The notes: generated by a model from the letters alone, not told the origin. Counted from the stretch's first letter, positions 39,093-49,872 are shown. The stretch is 64,000 nucleotides of DNA from Candidatus Melainabacteria bacterium (GCA_016201905.1 JACQBQ010000010.1:69184-133183), one strand, 5' to 3'. Numbers and translations are program-made.

Positions 39093-40455
39093 TTCTTAAA
39101 ACAGGAATACGTTTATCTCCCGGAAGTTTTGCTTTATCAATCAGCTCTGGAAAAACCTTTAATTCATCCAGATTTATATAGCTGGCTATCTGTGAAGCCA
39201 CTAATTTGCTAAATCTTGGAGAATAATGAGCTGTATCAACAAATGCCCTATTATCTTTTCCAAAAGTATCAAACAAAGTTGAGAGATCTATATAGCTACT
39301 ATTTGATTTCATACCTTTATGAAATAAGCTTAATGCATCTAAATCTTTTTTATTATTGTTAAATTCTTTTTTCACTATATCAGGTCTAAATAACTTTAAG
39401 TTATAACTATATGCAGAGTTAGGTTGTAGAAAAAAAAGAGTTTTTATCCCATACAACGAACAAATAGAATTTATATTTATCCTATTTCTTTCAAACCTGT
39501 TTATTAAACGACTGATATCTTGATCTTCATATCCTGAAGAATTTTCTATTCCTCTAAGGTTTTCAAAATATTCTTCCAAGTGAAATTTTAGTGAAGTTAC
39601 CAGTCTAAACATTGGTAGCCATTTATATGTATAAAGCAATCCTTGTACTTTATGCTCTTGTTCTTTTATGAATAGCTTGCCAAGCTGAGGAGTAAATTCT
39701 GCAGTGTCATCATTTAATCCCCAATTTACACCATCAAGAAAAATTACAAGGCTGGGCCTGTGTCCCTGGTTTAGAAGATCTATAAGCAAGAAGCTTTCCT
39801 GTGTAGGGAAATATGAGCCTCTACCATAATTTACAACCTCAATATTTACAGGCTTACCCAATGATTTTGCTTTTTCATTGATAATTCTTGAAAGAAATGA
39901 TGGCCATGTATGCTCATCTGAAACACTGTAGCCAAATGTGGTACTCCCACCAAATGTAAATATCCTTATTGTCTTTTTATTATTAACCCTTTCAGGATTA
40001 ATAGTTTTTCTAATCGGAAAGCCTCTTTCATCCAAAAGAACATTCACCTTTTTACTTCTAAACGGTGGCTCAGAAAATTGAATCCACGGCTGATATATCA
40101 ATCCAATTTTCCCAAATTCAAAAAAATCATCAAGTAAATCCGAGGCATATTTTTCCCCTAATTCTTTACAGGCATTAAAATCAAATGTCTCCACAGTAGA
40201 TGCATTGCGCTTACTAGTACTTACCGGTGAGCCATTCTGATTAAAAAAGTGACCGGATTTTAAGACCATTCTGTTATTAATTTCTACGATTTGAGATCTA
40301 AAAGCATATAAAGCACCTAGAAAAATATTAGACAAAATAAAAATCAGCACCAATGCTAATAAATTTGAGGCTATCCAGAAGTATAATTTCTTCAATGAAG
40401 AATAAGCATTAGTCTTGGATAGGTTAGATTTATAAGACATAAAGGTAATATTCAC
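39073..40455 (-). CDS. SGNH-hydrolase-like protein with an N-terminal membrane anchor (paralog B)
   Basis: 460 aa with RIFTFGGSTTFGYSVSDEHTW and LVIFLDGVN. Its last six codons (NKPTSF*) lie within the MITE-like repeat. Confidence 0.4.
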   Translation of the reverse strand: MNITFMSYKSNLSKTNAYSSLKKLYFWIASNLLALVLIFILSNIFLGALYAFRSQIVEINNRMVLKSGHFFNQNGSPVSTSKRNASTVETFDFNACKELGEKYASDLLDDFFEFGKIGLIYQPWIQFSEPPFRSKKVNVLLDERGFPIRKTINPERVNNKKTIRIFTFGGSTTFGYSVSDEHTWPSFLSRIINEKAKSLGKPVNIEVVNYGRGSYFPTQESFLLIDLLNQGHRPSLVIFLDGVNWGLNDDTAEFTPQLGKLFIKEQEHKVQGLLYTYKWLPMFRLVTSLKFHLEEYFENLRGIENSSGYEDQDISRLINRFERNRININSICSLYGIKTLFFLQPNSAYSYNLKLFRPDIVKKEFNNNKKDLDALSLFHKGMKSNSSYIDLSTLFDTFGKDNRAFVDTAHYSPRFSKLVASQIASYINLDELKVFPELIDKAKLPGDKRIPVLRNKPTSF

Positions 40456-42088
40456 TATCTTCGATTTTTATCCAATTTGATCTAAGAAGATCATATGCTG
40501 GTATTTTTGCTATAACCGCTTTAACACCAATAGATTTAAATGTCTTCAGAACTTGTAACTTAATAGAATCATTAGAATTCCAAAAGTTATTTATTTCTTC
40601 TTCCGGAATCTCTGCAACAATATTTACTTTAGCTAGCCTAGCCCAGTAAATATCCTGATAACGCTCGAATATAGTAGCAATCTTATCTCCTTTATTAATA
40701 TCATGGACTTTTAAAAACTTTGCAATTTGATGGTTGGTGTTATGTGGACCCATTGTTATTACACCCTCTGAAAAAATACTTGTAATAATTAGGAGTGCTG
40801 AAAGAACTCCTATAAAACATGAAGTGATTCTTTTTACTTCTTTATTATCTGGCAACTTTAAAGCAGAAAATAACCCCAGCCAGAAAATAATCATAAATGC
40901 ACCTATATATCTAGGTTCAAAATGTACAAATGAATACATAAGCATGGATAACACTGCTGGTATAAATATTAACCATTGTTCTCTTATGTCTTTAAAAGAT
41001 TTTATCCCCCTTCTACTAATGAAGAAAAAACACAGAGAAACTATAACTACAATTCCCTGCATGTAAAACAATAAATAAAATTCTCTAATACTTCTTACTA
41101 AAGCTTTTACTTGACTTCTAAAATCAAAATACGGCTCGGTATCCCCCTGACACCAATATGAAGGATCATAATGAAGTGGGTAAGTTACCATAAAAGGTGA
41201 TGAGTACTCAAAAACGGTAGGCTTATGAAAAATTATTCTTGGTGGATGGATAAGTTTTCCACATCCAGGAAATCCCGGTTTCCAGGATTCACAAAAACTT
41301 CTATCAGCATCCCACTCATAGTTAAGTTTCCAGACCTCACCAAAGGTAAAATAGCCTTTAGTTCTTGACAACTCATAAACATAAGGAGATATTAACAACA
41401 GAAAAGTAATTAATGAAATTAAAACTTGTGGCAAGTTTATTTTCTTTGGTATTGCAAAAATCGCTGTACAAATAAAAATAAAAGCTATGGGAAACATAAC
41501 TGTTTTAGAAAAATAACCAAAGGCAAGAACAATGCCCAGAATAAGAAATGTAAACCAACGAGCTTTGTCTAATTTGATCTTAATCAATAATCCTGATGCT
41601 AAATAAAAAAATCCACTGACAAGCATATCTGGTGTTACTGACAAAATAGTAATCATATTTATTGAAAACCAGATAAAAAGCGAATATCCTAGCAATAGCC
41701 AATTAAAGTCTGATAAATCTTCAAAGCCAGCTTCAGAAAGGACTTTTCTCCTTTGTTCGTGATAAAGAAGCAGTTGTCTGAGAAAAAAATCAAAGCAAAA
41801 GAAAGCAAAAATATAAATAAACCGACTTCTTTTTAACTTCGCTATCCCTGGGGCAAGCCCGCAGGGTATTTCGCGAAGTTAATGACTTCGTCACCAGTCG
41901 TCGGAAAAGTCGGTTTGTTATTCGTCGCTTATATCTCTCGTGGCAAGCCACGGAGCTATATCAAGCATGTGAATGCCATCAGAATCTACCAAAAACCGAA
42001 CACACCAGGTATTAATAAAACCAATTATAAAAACGGCAAGAAAAAAATATAATCTTAATCTCAAGCTTATATTTCTATTAAATAGCAC
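40430..42088 (-). pseudogene. GT-C-like paralog 7, interrupted by the MITE-like repeat
   Basis: The N-terminal fragment (about 41955-42088, ..LRLRLYFFLAVFIIGFINTWCVRFLVDSDGIHMLDIA) ends inside the conserved LDIAD loop motif exactly at the repeat. The rest of the gene resumes in-frame-equivalent after the repeat. The ORF track shows only the truncated 421-aa product from a TTG. Confidence 0.5.
41817..41954 (+). mobile_element. MITE-like repeat, copy 2 (3'-truncated), inserted within GT-C paralog 7
   Basis: Identical to the core of copies 3 and 4 up to ..GGCAAGCCACGGAG. Confidence 0.6.
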
Positions 42089-42090
42089 TG

Positions 42091-43038
42091 TTATTTAGAG
42101 TCTCCTTTAAGGGATTTTATCACTAACGGATATAAGTTCTCAGCAACTATTTTATGCAACTTTTTACTTGGGTGCGGATCATCATCACTAACAACTAGTT
42201 CCTTTTTTTTCACATCAGAAATTAATTTAGATATGTCTAAAACGGGTACATTAAGAGCATTAAAAACTTTGTTGATTTTTACTAGCATAGCCTGACTTTC
42301 TGGAATATGTGACAGGATAGGAAAAAGAACTACAAGAAGCTTTGAATTCTGGGCTTCACACAGCTTGTAGATTTCTTCCAGTTCTTGTTTATGATTTTTC
42401 CATACAGAAGGATCATCAAACTGTTCTTTTAGCCATATCAGGTAATTTTTCTTGCTATTTATAATTTTCCATTTAGTTAACTTCCAGTATATATAGTTAA
42501 CAAAGTAAGAAGAGGATACTAACCAGTCTATATTTTTAGGAGGATCAATATTAGAAAAAGAATAGTCTTCTTTAAAATTTGCCCCTTCAATATCATTTGG
42601 ATAGTATGACCATATAATAAGATCTGCTTTATACGGGAAATTTCTAAAGTGCTGTATTTCTTCACCAGTATCCAGTCCGCATTCAGAGACATTAATTACC
42701 GCATATTTTGCTCCAAGTTTATTAACCAATATATCCGAAAAACGATCGGACACATTTTCAATTCCCTCTCCTGCAACAAGTGAATCCCCAACTATCAACA
42801 CAATAGACTTGTTCTTTAAATCATCTTTTGTCCATTCTCTATCTCTATACCCAAAAGAATTTAGAGGCTTATAATATTTCTTAAACCAATGCTTACATGC
42901 TAACGATAAACCAAAACCATCAGTATGTATGTGACAAAATCTAAAATATATCTCAGAGACAATAAAGCACAAAAGTATTGAAAATATACCTATGACGCAG
43001 TTTAAAACAAAACCTTTTGTACACAGCTTATTTCTCAT
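42091..43038 (-). CDS. SGNH/GDSL-like hydrolase with an N-terminal TM anchor
   Basis: 315 aa with block I motif LIVGDSLVAGEG and block V motif DDDPHPS. Confidence 0.45.
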   Translation of the reverse strand: MRNKLCTKGFVLNCVIGIFSILLCFIVSEIYFRFCHIHTDGFGLSLACKHWFKKYYKPLNSFGYRDREWTKDDLKNKSIVLIVGDSLVAGEGIENVSDRFSDILVNKLGAKYAVINVSECGLDTGEEIQHFRNFPYKADLIIWSYYPNDIEGANFKEDYSFSNIDPPKNIDWLVSSSYFVNYIYWKLTKWKIINSKKNYLIWLKEQFDDPSVWKNHKQELEEIYKLCEAQNSKLLVVLFPILSHIPESQAMLVKINKVFNALNVPVLDISKLISDVKKKELVVSDDDPHPSKKLHKIVAENLYPLVIKSLKGDSK

Positions 43039-43179
43039 TTAAGTGTCATAAGAACAACTATAACAAGTCTACAACAAAGCACTTACAAAGTGCTAATAAT
43101 ATATTAGAAAATATGAATCCTTTAATAACCAAGATTCTGAATTCTTAATAAAGAACGAACGATTCAAACTAAGCATGAA

Positions 43180-44865
43180 ATGGATAATATAAAAAGAGCC
43201 TTTAGATTATTTGCCATATTGCTTGGTTTACTTCAAGCATGGGCACTACAAAATCAATATTATGGCGACATTATTTCTTATATTGAAATTGGAGAGGCTT
43301 ACCTGCATGGTGATTTCAATTCAGCCATTAACGGATATTGTAGCCCTCTTTATTCCTGGATACTTGCAGTTTTTCTCTCTTTTTCAAGACCATCACCGTA
43401 TTGGGAGTATCCATTCACAATATTTATTAACTTTTTAATTTATTTATTTACGCTTATATGTTTTGAGTATTTTTTAAAAGAGTTTATTAGATATTTAAAC
43501 AAAAATTCAAATAACAGCTTAAATACCTTCCAGGAAAAAGAATTAACCATACTCGGTTATATTTTATTTATATACTCTTCATTAGTTATGATTACAGTTC
43601 TATCAACAACACCAGATCTCCTCGTGTCTGCTTTTATTTATCTAATAGCAGGAATCTTACTTCAATTCAAACCAGGAACAGCTAGCAAAAAAAAATATAT
43701 TATTTTTGGATTAATTTTAGGCTTTTCATATTTAGCAAAAGCTGTGATGTTTCCGATGGTGTTTATTTTTTTACTCGTAGGATATTTTTTGGTTCGCGGA
43801 CTTAGACAGAAATTATCATATCTGATACTATCACTGATCACATTTTGTTTAATCTCATCACCTTTTATTTTTGCCTTATCAAAAGAAAAAGGACATTTGA
43901 CCTTTAGTGAGGTTGGAAAACTAAATTACCTATGGCGTTCGACTAAGTTTCCTGAAAAATGGGACTGGTACGACAGAGTACCTTTTAGCAGTGGTAAACC
44001 AGTTCATTTAATGAAAAAGATTTTTGATAATCCAACTATTTTCAAATTTCAGAATGAGTTTAGAAATGCCACTTATCCTCCAGCCTATGACATTTCATAC
44101 TGGTATGATGGTGCAAAGCTTCAATTTGATTTAAAAGAACAAATAAACGCACTCATATCAAACATCCACATCTATTATTATATTTTCATTTATTCACAAA
44201 AAGAACTTTTTATTATTTTTATCTTTTTGTTTTATCTTACAGGACAAAAAATAATCTGTCTAAAAAATATTCTTAAAAACTGGTTTTTGATTTTACCTTC
44301 ATTATGTGTTTTTTTTATGTACTCATTAATAGTCGTTGAGGAGAGATATTTGGGAGGATATGTAGTGCTTTTGTGGCTTAGTTTATTTTCAGGAATATCT
44401 TTAAAAAGCAAAGAAGATTCAAAACATGTGCTGTCTTGTTCAGTTTTGACGATTCTGACTGTTATGTTAATTAGATTTACTTGTATGGGTTTTGATTATC
44501 TCTCTTTAACTGCACAAAATTTAAACCTTGGAAAGAATGCAAATAGAATGTGGTGTGTAGCTAATGAACTAAAGAAATTAGGGCTTAAAGAAGGTGATAA
44601 TGTAGCAACCTTTATCGATGAAACAAATCAATATTGGGCAAGAATAGGAAGATTTAGAATCATTTCTGAAATACCACTTAATGAAGAAACTAAGGATTTC
44701 TGGGAATCAAATCAAACCAAAATACCTGAAATAATTAAAACCATTGCAAAAACAGGAGCAAAAGTTATCGTAACAGAAAACATACCTACACCTTTACTTA
44801 GAGAAGCTAAACAAAAAGGATGGAGGACTCTGGGAAACACGAACTATTTTGCATTGTTTTTATAG
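43180..44865 (+). CDS. GT-C-fold glycosyltransferase-like membrane protein, paralog 8
   Basis: 561 aa with loop motif ISYIEIGEAYL. Confidence 0.45.
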   Translation: MDNIKRAFRLFAILLGLLQAWALQNQYYGDIISYIEIGEAYLHGDFNSAINGYCSPLYSWILAVFLSFSRPSPYWEYPFTIFINFLIYLFTLICFEYFLKEFIRYLNKNSNNSLNTFQEKELTILGYILFIYSSLVMITVLSTTPDLLVSAFIYLIAGILLQFKPGTASKKKYIIFGLILGFSYLAKAVMFPMVFIFLLVGYFLVRGLRQKLSYLILSLITFCLISSPFIFALSKEKGHLTFSEVGKLNYLWRSTKFPEKWDWYDRVPFSSGKPVHLMKKIFDNPTIFKFQNEFRNATYPPAYDISYWYDGAKLQFDLKEQINALISNIHIYYYIFIYSQKELFIIFIFLFYLTGQKIICLKNILKNWFLILPSLCVFFMYSLIVVEERYLGGYVVLLWLSLFSGISLKSKEDSKHVLSCSVLTILTVMLIRFTCMGFDYLSLTAQNLNLGKNANRMWCVANELKKLGLKEGDNVATFIDETNQYWARIGRFRIISEIPLNEETKDFWESNQTKIPEIIKTIAKTGAKVIVTENIPTPLLREAKQKGWRTLGNTNYFALFL

Positions 44866-45043
44866 TTATTTTATGTTTTTAGAGTTAAGAGTTGAAGTAG
44901 CGCTAGTTCTTAATTTATTAAAAAAATTTAATCTTCTCAGTAAAGTAATTTAAGATTTTGTTTATTTTTTCAATAGATTTCTTAAAGCTTAATTAGTTAG
45001 GATTAGATTAGCACTGATTCTTAACCTTTAAGGAGAAAACTAG

Positions 45044-47023
45044 ATGTTTGTTACACCACCAGATGGAATAGTCGGACGGACAAGAATAAATTTTACAATT
45101 GGAAATATCAATTTAAAGAAAAAAGGTTTAGATGTTGTACTTACAAGCCAACCTGGAATGCTTCAAGGAAGAGATGAACAGGAGTTGGTTGGTATTCCAC
45201 AAAATTTGCAAGTTGGTGGTGCTGCAAGAGAAGCTACCGGTACAGAACTTGGAAAAATTTTGGCAGGGCATCTGGGACATTTAAATGTGCCATCTAAATT
45301 AGATAACCTTGTTATTCTGATAGATACATCCACCAGTATGACTTTTGGCAATAGGCTGGCTCTTATAGAGCAACAAATAGAAAAACTTGGTCCATTTATT
45401 CCAGCAGGAACAAAAGTTAGTGTGGTTCAATTTGATAAAGAAGCACGCACTGTAGTAAATACTGTGACAATTGATAATGCAAATGAATTTGATAAAAAGA
45501 TAGTAAGATCTATTGAACAGCTTGATGTAAGGGGTGGAACTAGAATTGATAAGGCTTTAGTAGCAGCATCGAACCAAATCAGATCAGCAGATGGATATGA
45601 CCATGAACACCCGGAAAGAAATTTAATTGTACTTATTACAGATGGAGATCACAGACCAAGAGTTTTGGAAGAGTATAAAAAAGTATATGGACTTGCTCAA
45701 GGAATTACACCTTTTAGAAATGCACCGCTCGTTGTAGTAGGCGTTGGTACTGACTACAATGCTGAACTAGTTCAGTCAATAGCTGGTTTTAGTGGAGGAT
45801 TTTTTTTCCATACATCTAAAGATAACAAAGCCGACATCTTTGGGAAGCTGATTCCTTCTCTAATAAAACAAATTACAGGAAGTGACTTTTATATTAGATG
45901 TGATGCTTATGAAAGTAATCGAGTCTGGGCTACTGATCCTTCTATACAAGAAGTAGCATTTAGAGGAGAGAGGCAAGGTATACATGGCACGCAGGGTGCA
46001 CATGAGCTTAGAGGAGGGTTTTTAGAAAAACCAACTTTTATTAGTGTTTTTGATCCTGACAATTCAGAAAGTGTAGTGTATTTTTTAGCAGGACAACAAG
46101 ATGCAAGACTTTGCTTTGGAAGTCCAAACGAAATAATTATTCCAGATGATCCTGGCAGAGAGTTAGAAATAGTACCACTTGGAGACTTACCTCCTGAGCT
46201 TAGAGCTGATGCCAAAGGGAATATTGCTAAGTGGTTAGAAGTTTTGGCTATTCAAAAAAGAGATTTAGCTGCACTGTATGCTCTTCATAAAGCAGGTATT
46301 GTAAGTGATAAGCTCTATGAACGCTTGAATGATCTACTAAAGGCTCATAAAGAGGATAATTGTAGATCTGCAGAGACTGACATTGGTACTGGACACCTAA
46401 GTATTGGACCTGGTATTTCTCAGATCAAACCTTCAGGTGAAGAGTCAGAAGAAGGTTTATCTAGTGTTAAAGATCCTGGCTTTGAAGATAAATTAAAGGA
46501 CCTTGGTAAGATTAAAATCCCGAATGAATTAAGAATAAGCTCTCCTAAAATATTTCTTCCAGAAAGTATGATAGGAGGTCATTCTTTTGTCGATGAAAAC
46601 CATGGACTAACATTACATTCAGGAGTTTTAGGCCCTTTATCCATTGAGCCTCAAAATACAATTCTTCCATTTGTACAGAGGGCAGTAGAAGCTTATAATC
46701 AAGCACAACCAGCTGGTCCCATTATAAAATTTGAAATTGAAAAAGTTCTCGGCACTGGAAATATTATTCCAATCGGCCTTTTCAATTTTTCAAATAAAAC
46801 AACTTATACAATTGGCAGAAATAAAGCATGCGATATACGAGTAAGTAACGAATCCGCTAGCAAGCGTCATTGTGAAATAATCAAACTTGGAGATGAAATC
46901 ATAATAAGAGATCTAAATTCAAGAAATGGTACATATGTAAACGGGAATAAAATAACTGAAGCAAAACTTAAAAATGGCGATCAAGTAGCAGTAGGGCTTT
47001 TAGTTTTCAAAGTAACAATTTAA
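45044..47023 (+). CDS. von Willebrand factor A domain protein with a C-terminal FHA domain
   Basis: A vWA domain with a MIDAS motif (LIDTSTSM), followed by a C-terminal FHA domain (..GRNKACDIRVSNESASKRHCEI...RNGTYVNG..). Confidence 0.6.
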   Translation: MFVTPPDGIVGRTRINFTIGNINLKKKGLDVVLTSQPGMLQGRDEQELVGIPQNLQVGGAAREATGTELGKILAGHLGHLNVPSKLDNLVILIDTSTSMTFGNRLALIEQQIEKLGPFIPAGTKVSVVQFDKEARTVVNTVTIDNANEFDKKIVRSIEQLDVRGGTRIDKALVAASNQIRSADGYDHEHPERNLIVLITDGDHRPRVLEEYKKVYGLAQGITPFRNAPLVVVGVGTDYNAELVQSIAGFSGGFFFHTSKDNKADIFGKLIPSLIKQITGSDFYIRCDAYESNRVWATDPSIQEVAFRGERQGIHGTQGAHELRGGFLEKPTFISVFDPDNSESVVYFLAGQQDARLCFGSPNEIIIPDDPGRELEIVPLGDLPPELRADAKGNIAKWLEVLAIQKRDLAALYALHKAGIVSDKLYERLNDLLKAHKEDNCRSAETDIGTGHLSIGPGISQIKPSGEESEEGLSSVKDPGFEDKLKDLGKIKIPNELRISSPKIFLPESMIGGHSFVDENHGLTLHSGVLGPLSIEPQNTILPFVQRAVEAYNQAQPAGPIIKFEIEKVLGTGNIIPIGLFNFSNKTTYTIGRNKACDIRVSNESASKRHCEIIKLGDEIIIRDLNSRNGTYVNGNKITEAKLKNGDQVAVGLLVFKVTI

Positions 47024-47054
47024 TTTCTTATTTCTTTAATAAGTTAACAAAACC

Positions 47055-47128
<74 letters not shown>

Positions 47129-47138
47129 TTTCTTATTG

Positions 47139-47221
47139 AAGCTCAAGACAAGCTTGAGCTTCTTTCGATCAATTCATTCCATCGGATAGGATTTGTCCGC
47201 CTAGGCGGAACAAATCCTATC
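47139..47221. other. Two strong stem-loops next to the tRNA: a 9-bp hairpin followed by a T-tract, and a 17-bp near-perfect palindrome
   Basis: Hairpin 1 is AAGCTCAAG-ACAAG-CTTGAGCTT followed by CTTTC. Hairpin 2 is GATAGGATTTGTCCGCC-TA-GGCGGAACAAATCCTATC. Confidence 0.4.
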
Positions 47222-47352
47222 TTTGCAAGAAAGGTTTAAAAATCAGAATTCAAAACCAATTTTATTATAGCTTGCAGTATTCTCAAAGTAAGAAAGGCTA
47301 AACTAAGTACCTCTCTAGAATATGCTTGACATAGAAGCCTCAACTTGGTTTA

Positions 47353-48306
47353 ATGTATATTAATATTATTAGTTGTAATTGGAGATATATGTTAATAACA
47401 TCAGTAGGTTCTTTTTGTACTAATAAAGATAGGTATGATGCTGCATTAGCCAGATATCCTCTTGCTGCAGTAACTTTTGATGAGTTGCTTTGCGAGCCAA
47501 TTACACCACCATCCATTTCAGATGGTGTTTTTGATATTCCAGGCACTAAATATGGCTCACAAGAAGTAGGTTATAGAAAAGAAGCTGTTAATGGATATGC
47601 TACCGAAGTATACGATTTAAGTCCTATTTTTCATTATGCACTAGCTGGAAAAGAGCAGATCTCTAAGGAATTCATACTCCTATCAGGATATGATCTTAAA
47701 GTTGATGATTTTTATAAAGGCATAAGAGAGCCAAAAAGAAATGCAAAAAAGATATTTGAGCCGGGCGAAATAGAAAGATTAAATGAAGAAGAAAAAGCCA
47801 AAGCTAAAAGAAGAACAGGAAGAGGAGCAAAAAGAATTCAAGGATATAATCCAGACTTCAGGGAGTTCAAGATAAAAACTGGTGTTGCAACTGATGCAGA
47901 ACTAGTTAGTAATTTTTATGGATCTGCAATACCTACTATAAAGCTTTTAGATAAAAGGTTTGTTCTTCTACTACTTAATTCAGTCGGACTTGGATTAAAT
48001 AGTTTTAGTGATGAAGAAAGAATTGGTGCTTTAAACATTGTTGCTCAACTTTTAATAGATACACATGGTGAGATTCAAAGACAAATAGCAATTGATGATA
48101 AGTTTAAAGAAAACATTAAAACTCTTAGACAAGTAAGAACTGTACTTAAAGACCTGATCAGTGATCCAAATAAAAGACTAAGTAGAAATGCACGAATCCT
48201 TGATGATTGTGCAAGTGCTTTAACAGATGACTGTTTGAGAAATGTAACTAGATTCAAAGAGCTTAAAGAACTTAATCAAAATCCAGACTCTCATTCAGTT
48301 AATTAA
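47353..48306 (+). CDS. Hypothetical protein
   Basis: 317-aa ORF, mostly alpha-helical and charged, with no recognisable domain. The start is uncertain (possibly the Met at 47389). Confidence 0.35.
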   Translation: MYINIISCNWRYMLITSVGSFCTNKDRYDAALARYPLAAVTFDELLCEPITPPSISDGVFDIPGTKYGSQEVGYRKEAVNGYATEVYDLSPIFHYALAGKEQISKEFILLSGYDLKVDDFYKGIREPKRNAKKIFEPGEIERLNEEEKAKAKRRTGRGAKRIQGYNPDFREFKIKTGVATDAELVSNFYGSAIPTIKLLDKRFVLLLLNSVGLGLNSFSDEERIGALNIVAQLLIDTHGEIQRQIAIDDKFKENIKTLRQVRTVLKDLISDPNKRLSRNARILDDCASALTDDCLRNVTRFKELKELNQNPDSHSVN

Positions 48307-48439
48307 TTTATCTTCTTACGCATCTTTTACTAACCACATACCAGCATCTACAAAATTCAATTGACATCTGTATTATAAAATGATTAAATATATACTAATT
48401 AGTCAGTAACGAAAATCAACCTTACCAATAGGAGAAATT

Positions 48440-49192
48440 ATGGTATCCGTACCAGCCATTATCTCTACTTCTAGAGCTTTAGTACCAAGGCTTCAAGCAG
48501 AAGAACCTAAACTAGAAGATACATTTCCTTTGGCAATTGATACTCTTGAAAAATTAATTTTAGCCAGACATGAAATTGATGACTATGGCTTCCCTATAAT
48601 TCCAGAGTATCTAAAGCTAGATCGGGTAACTGAAAGAGAAGGTGAAGTTATTCAATATGTATCAAATATTTATGCTGCAAATAATGGGCTTAGAGAAAAA
48701 CTTACTACAGAAAACGGAAAATTAAATTTAAATTTAATGCTTAAAAAATTATCTGCTTATAATCCAGGCATATTACTAATTCAACCCGTTTCATTTTTAG
48801 ATACTCTCGATTTAGTGAGAAGACCTGATTTGTCTGCTTTATTCCAAAGAGATCCAAGGGTTGTACTTTCACTTATAACTGCAAATGACTGTGGACTTAA
48901 AAACTATGATCCTCTGGCAAAAGTTGGTGCATTAAATGTAATCATTATTGTTTGCAAAAACATTGAGCGTAAAATTTCAAATGCAGTTCAGATCGATAAA
49001 AATCTCCTAGATAACATTTCAATATTATTAATTATAAGAAAGTTACTTGAACAAGTAAAAGATAAAGAGTCAGATGCAAGAATTAGGGAGCATGCATCTA
49101 AAATCAACTACGACATAGAACTGCTCGAAGAGTTTACTTACTACAAATGTAGTGAATTAAAGAGAGAAAAGAATAAACCGACTTCTTTTTAA
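48440..49192 (+). CDS. Hypothetical protein; C-terminal ..NKPTSF* supplied by MITE copy 3
   Basis: 250-aa ORF whose last 6 codons lie within the repeat element. Confidence 0.35.
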   Translation: MVSVPAIISTSRALVPRLQAEEPKLEDTFPLAIDTLEKLILARHEIDDYGFPIIPEYLKLDRVTEREGEVIQYVSNIYAANNGLREKLTTENGKLNLNLMLKKLSAYNPGILLIQPVSFLDTLDLVRRPDLSALFQRDPRVVLSLITANDCGLKNYDPLAKVGALNVIIIVCKNIERKISNAVQIDKNLLDNISILLIIRKLLEQVKDKESDARIREHASKINYDIELLEEFTYYKCSELKREKNKPTSF

Positions 49193-49333
49193 CTTCGCTA
49201 TCCCTGGGGCAAGCCTGCAGGGTATTTCGCGAAGTTAATGACTTCGTCACCAGTCGTCGGAAAAGTCGGTTTGTTATTCGTCGCTTATATCTCTCGTGGC
49301 AAGCCACGGAGTATTACGCTCCTTCATAATAAA
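49174..49333 (+). mobile_element. MITE-like repeat, copy 3
   Basis: About 160 bp, near-identical to copy 4 (3 mismatches). Confidence 0.6.
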
Positions 49334-49341
49334 AACTAAAA

Positions 49342-49578
49342 TTATTTTCGAATAAAAATTTTAAAGTAATTTCCTGCCGGAATTTGTGACAGTATCGTAT
49401 AACCTTCTTCAATTACACTTGGTGGAACACTTTCAATTGCTTCACCAGGATCAAGTAAAACTTCAAGAACTTCTCCTTCTTCCATTTTTTCAAGCTGAAT
49501 TTTTGTTTTAACAAAGTTTAGAGGACAGGCAATACCTCTCAAGTCAAGGAAAAAATTGGATTTTATAATATTTTCCAT
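49342..49578 (-). CDS. TusA-like sulfurtransferase domain protein
   Basis: FFLDLRGIACPLNFVKTKIQLEKM resembles the TusA LDxRGxxCP motif. I prefer the start at MENIIK over the longer ORF-track start at 49632. Confidence 0.45.
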   Translation of the reverse strand: MENIIKSNFFLDLRGIACPLNFVKTKIQLEKMEEGEVLEVLLDPGEAIESVPPSVIEEGYTILSQIPAGNYFKIFIRK

Positions 49579-49583
49579 CAATC

Positions 49584-49853
49584 TCATCCGCAAAAACATT
49601 TGTGTATAACACAGGATTTTGGAAGAGGACATTCGCTTTTTTCTTTCATCTTAAACCACTCTTTTTTAAAACAATCTCTACTGCTAACATATCCAAAAAC
49701 AAAATCATAAAGACTTTCCATATCCTGATTATGCATCTTTGATAAACAGTTCAAACATATCTGTTCCTCTGCATATCCTAATGCAAGGTTCATTGTATAT
49801 GCTCTACGACATATATTTTGACTACACTGTGGACATGGAAACGGGAAGTCCAT
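49584..49853 (-). CDS. Small Cys-rich protein (possible DUF1289-like metal-binding protein)
   Basis: 89 aa with about 11 Cys residues, including CPQC and CLNC pairs. Confidence 0.3.
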   Translation of the reverse strand: MDFPFPCPQCSQNICRRAYTMNLALGYAEEQICLNCLSKMHNQDMESLYDFVFGYVSSRDCFKKEWFKMKEKSECPLPKSCVIHKCFCG

Positions 49854-49872
49854 TCATTACTTATAACATAGT

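Noticed and set aside
38958-39212. 84-aa plus-strand ORF (MACHERYKRRITNRLLRR...)
   Set aside because: It lies entirely within MITE-like repeat copy 1 and the 3' end of the convergent SGNH gene. It is an artefact of translating the repeat.
45163-46215. Minus-strand ORFs within the vWA-FHA gene
   Set aside because: They are antisense to a well-supported vWA(MIDAS)-FHA coding sequence.
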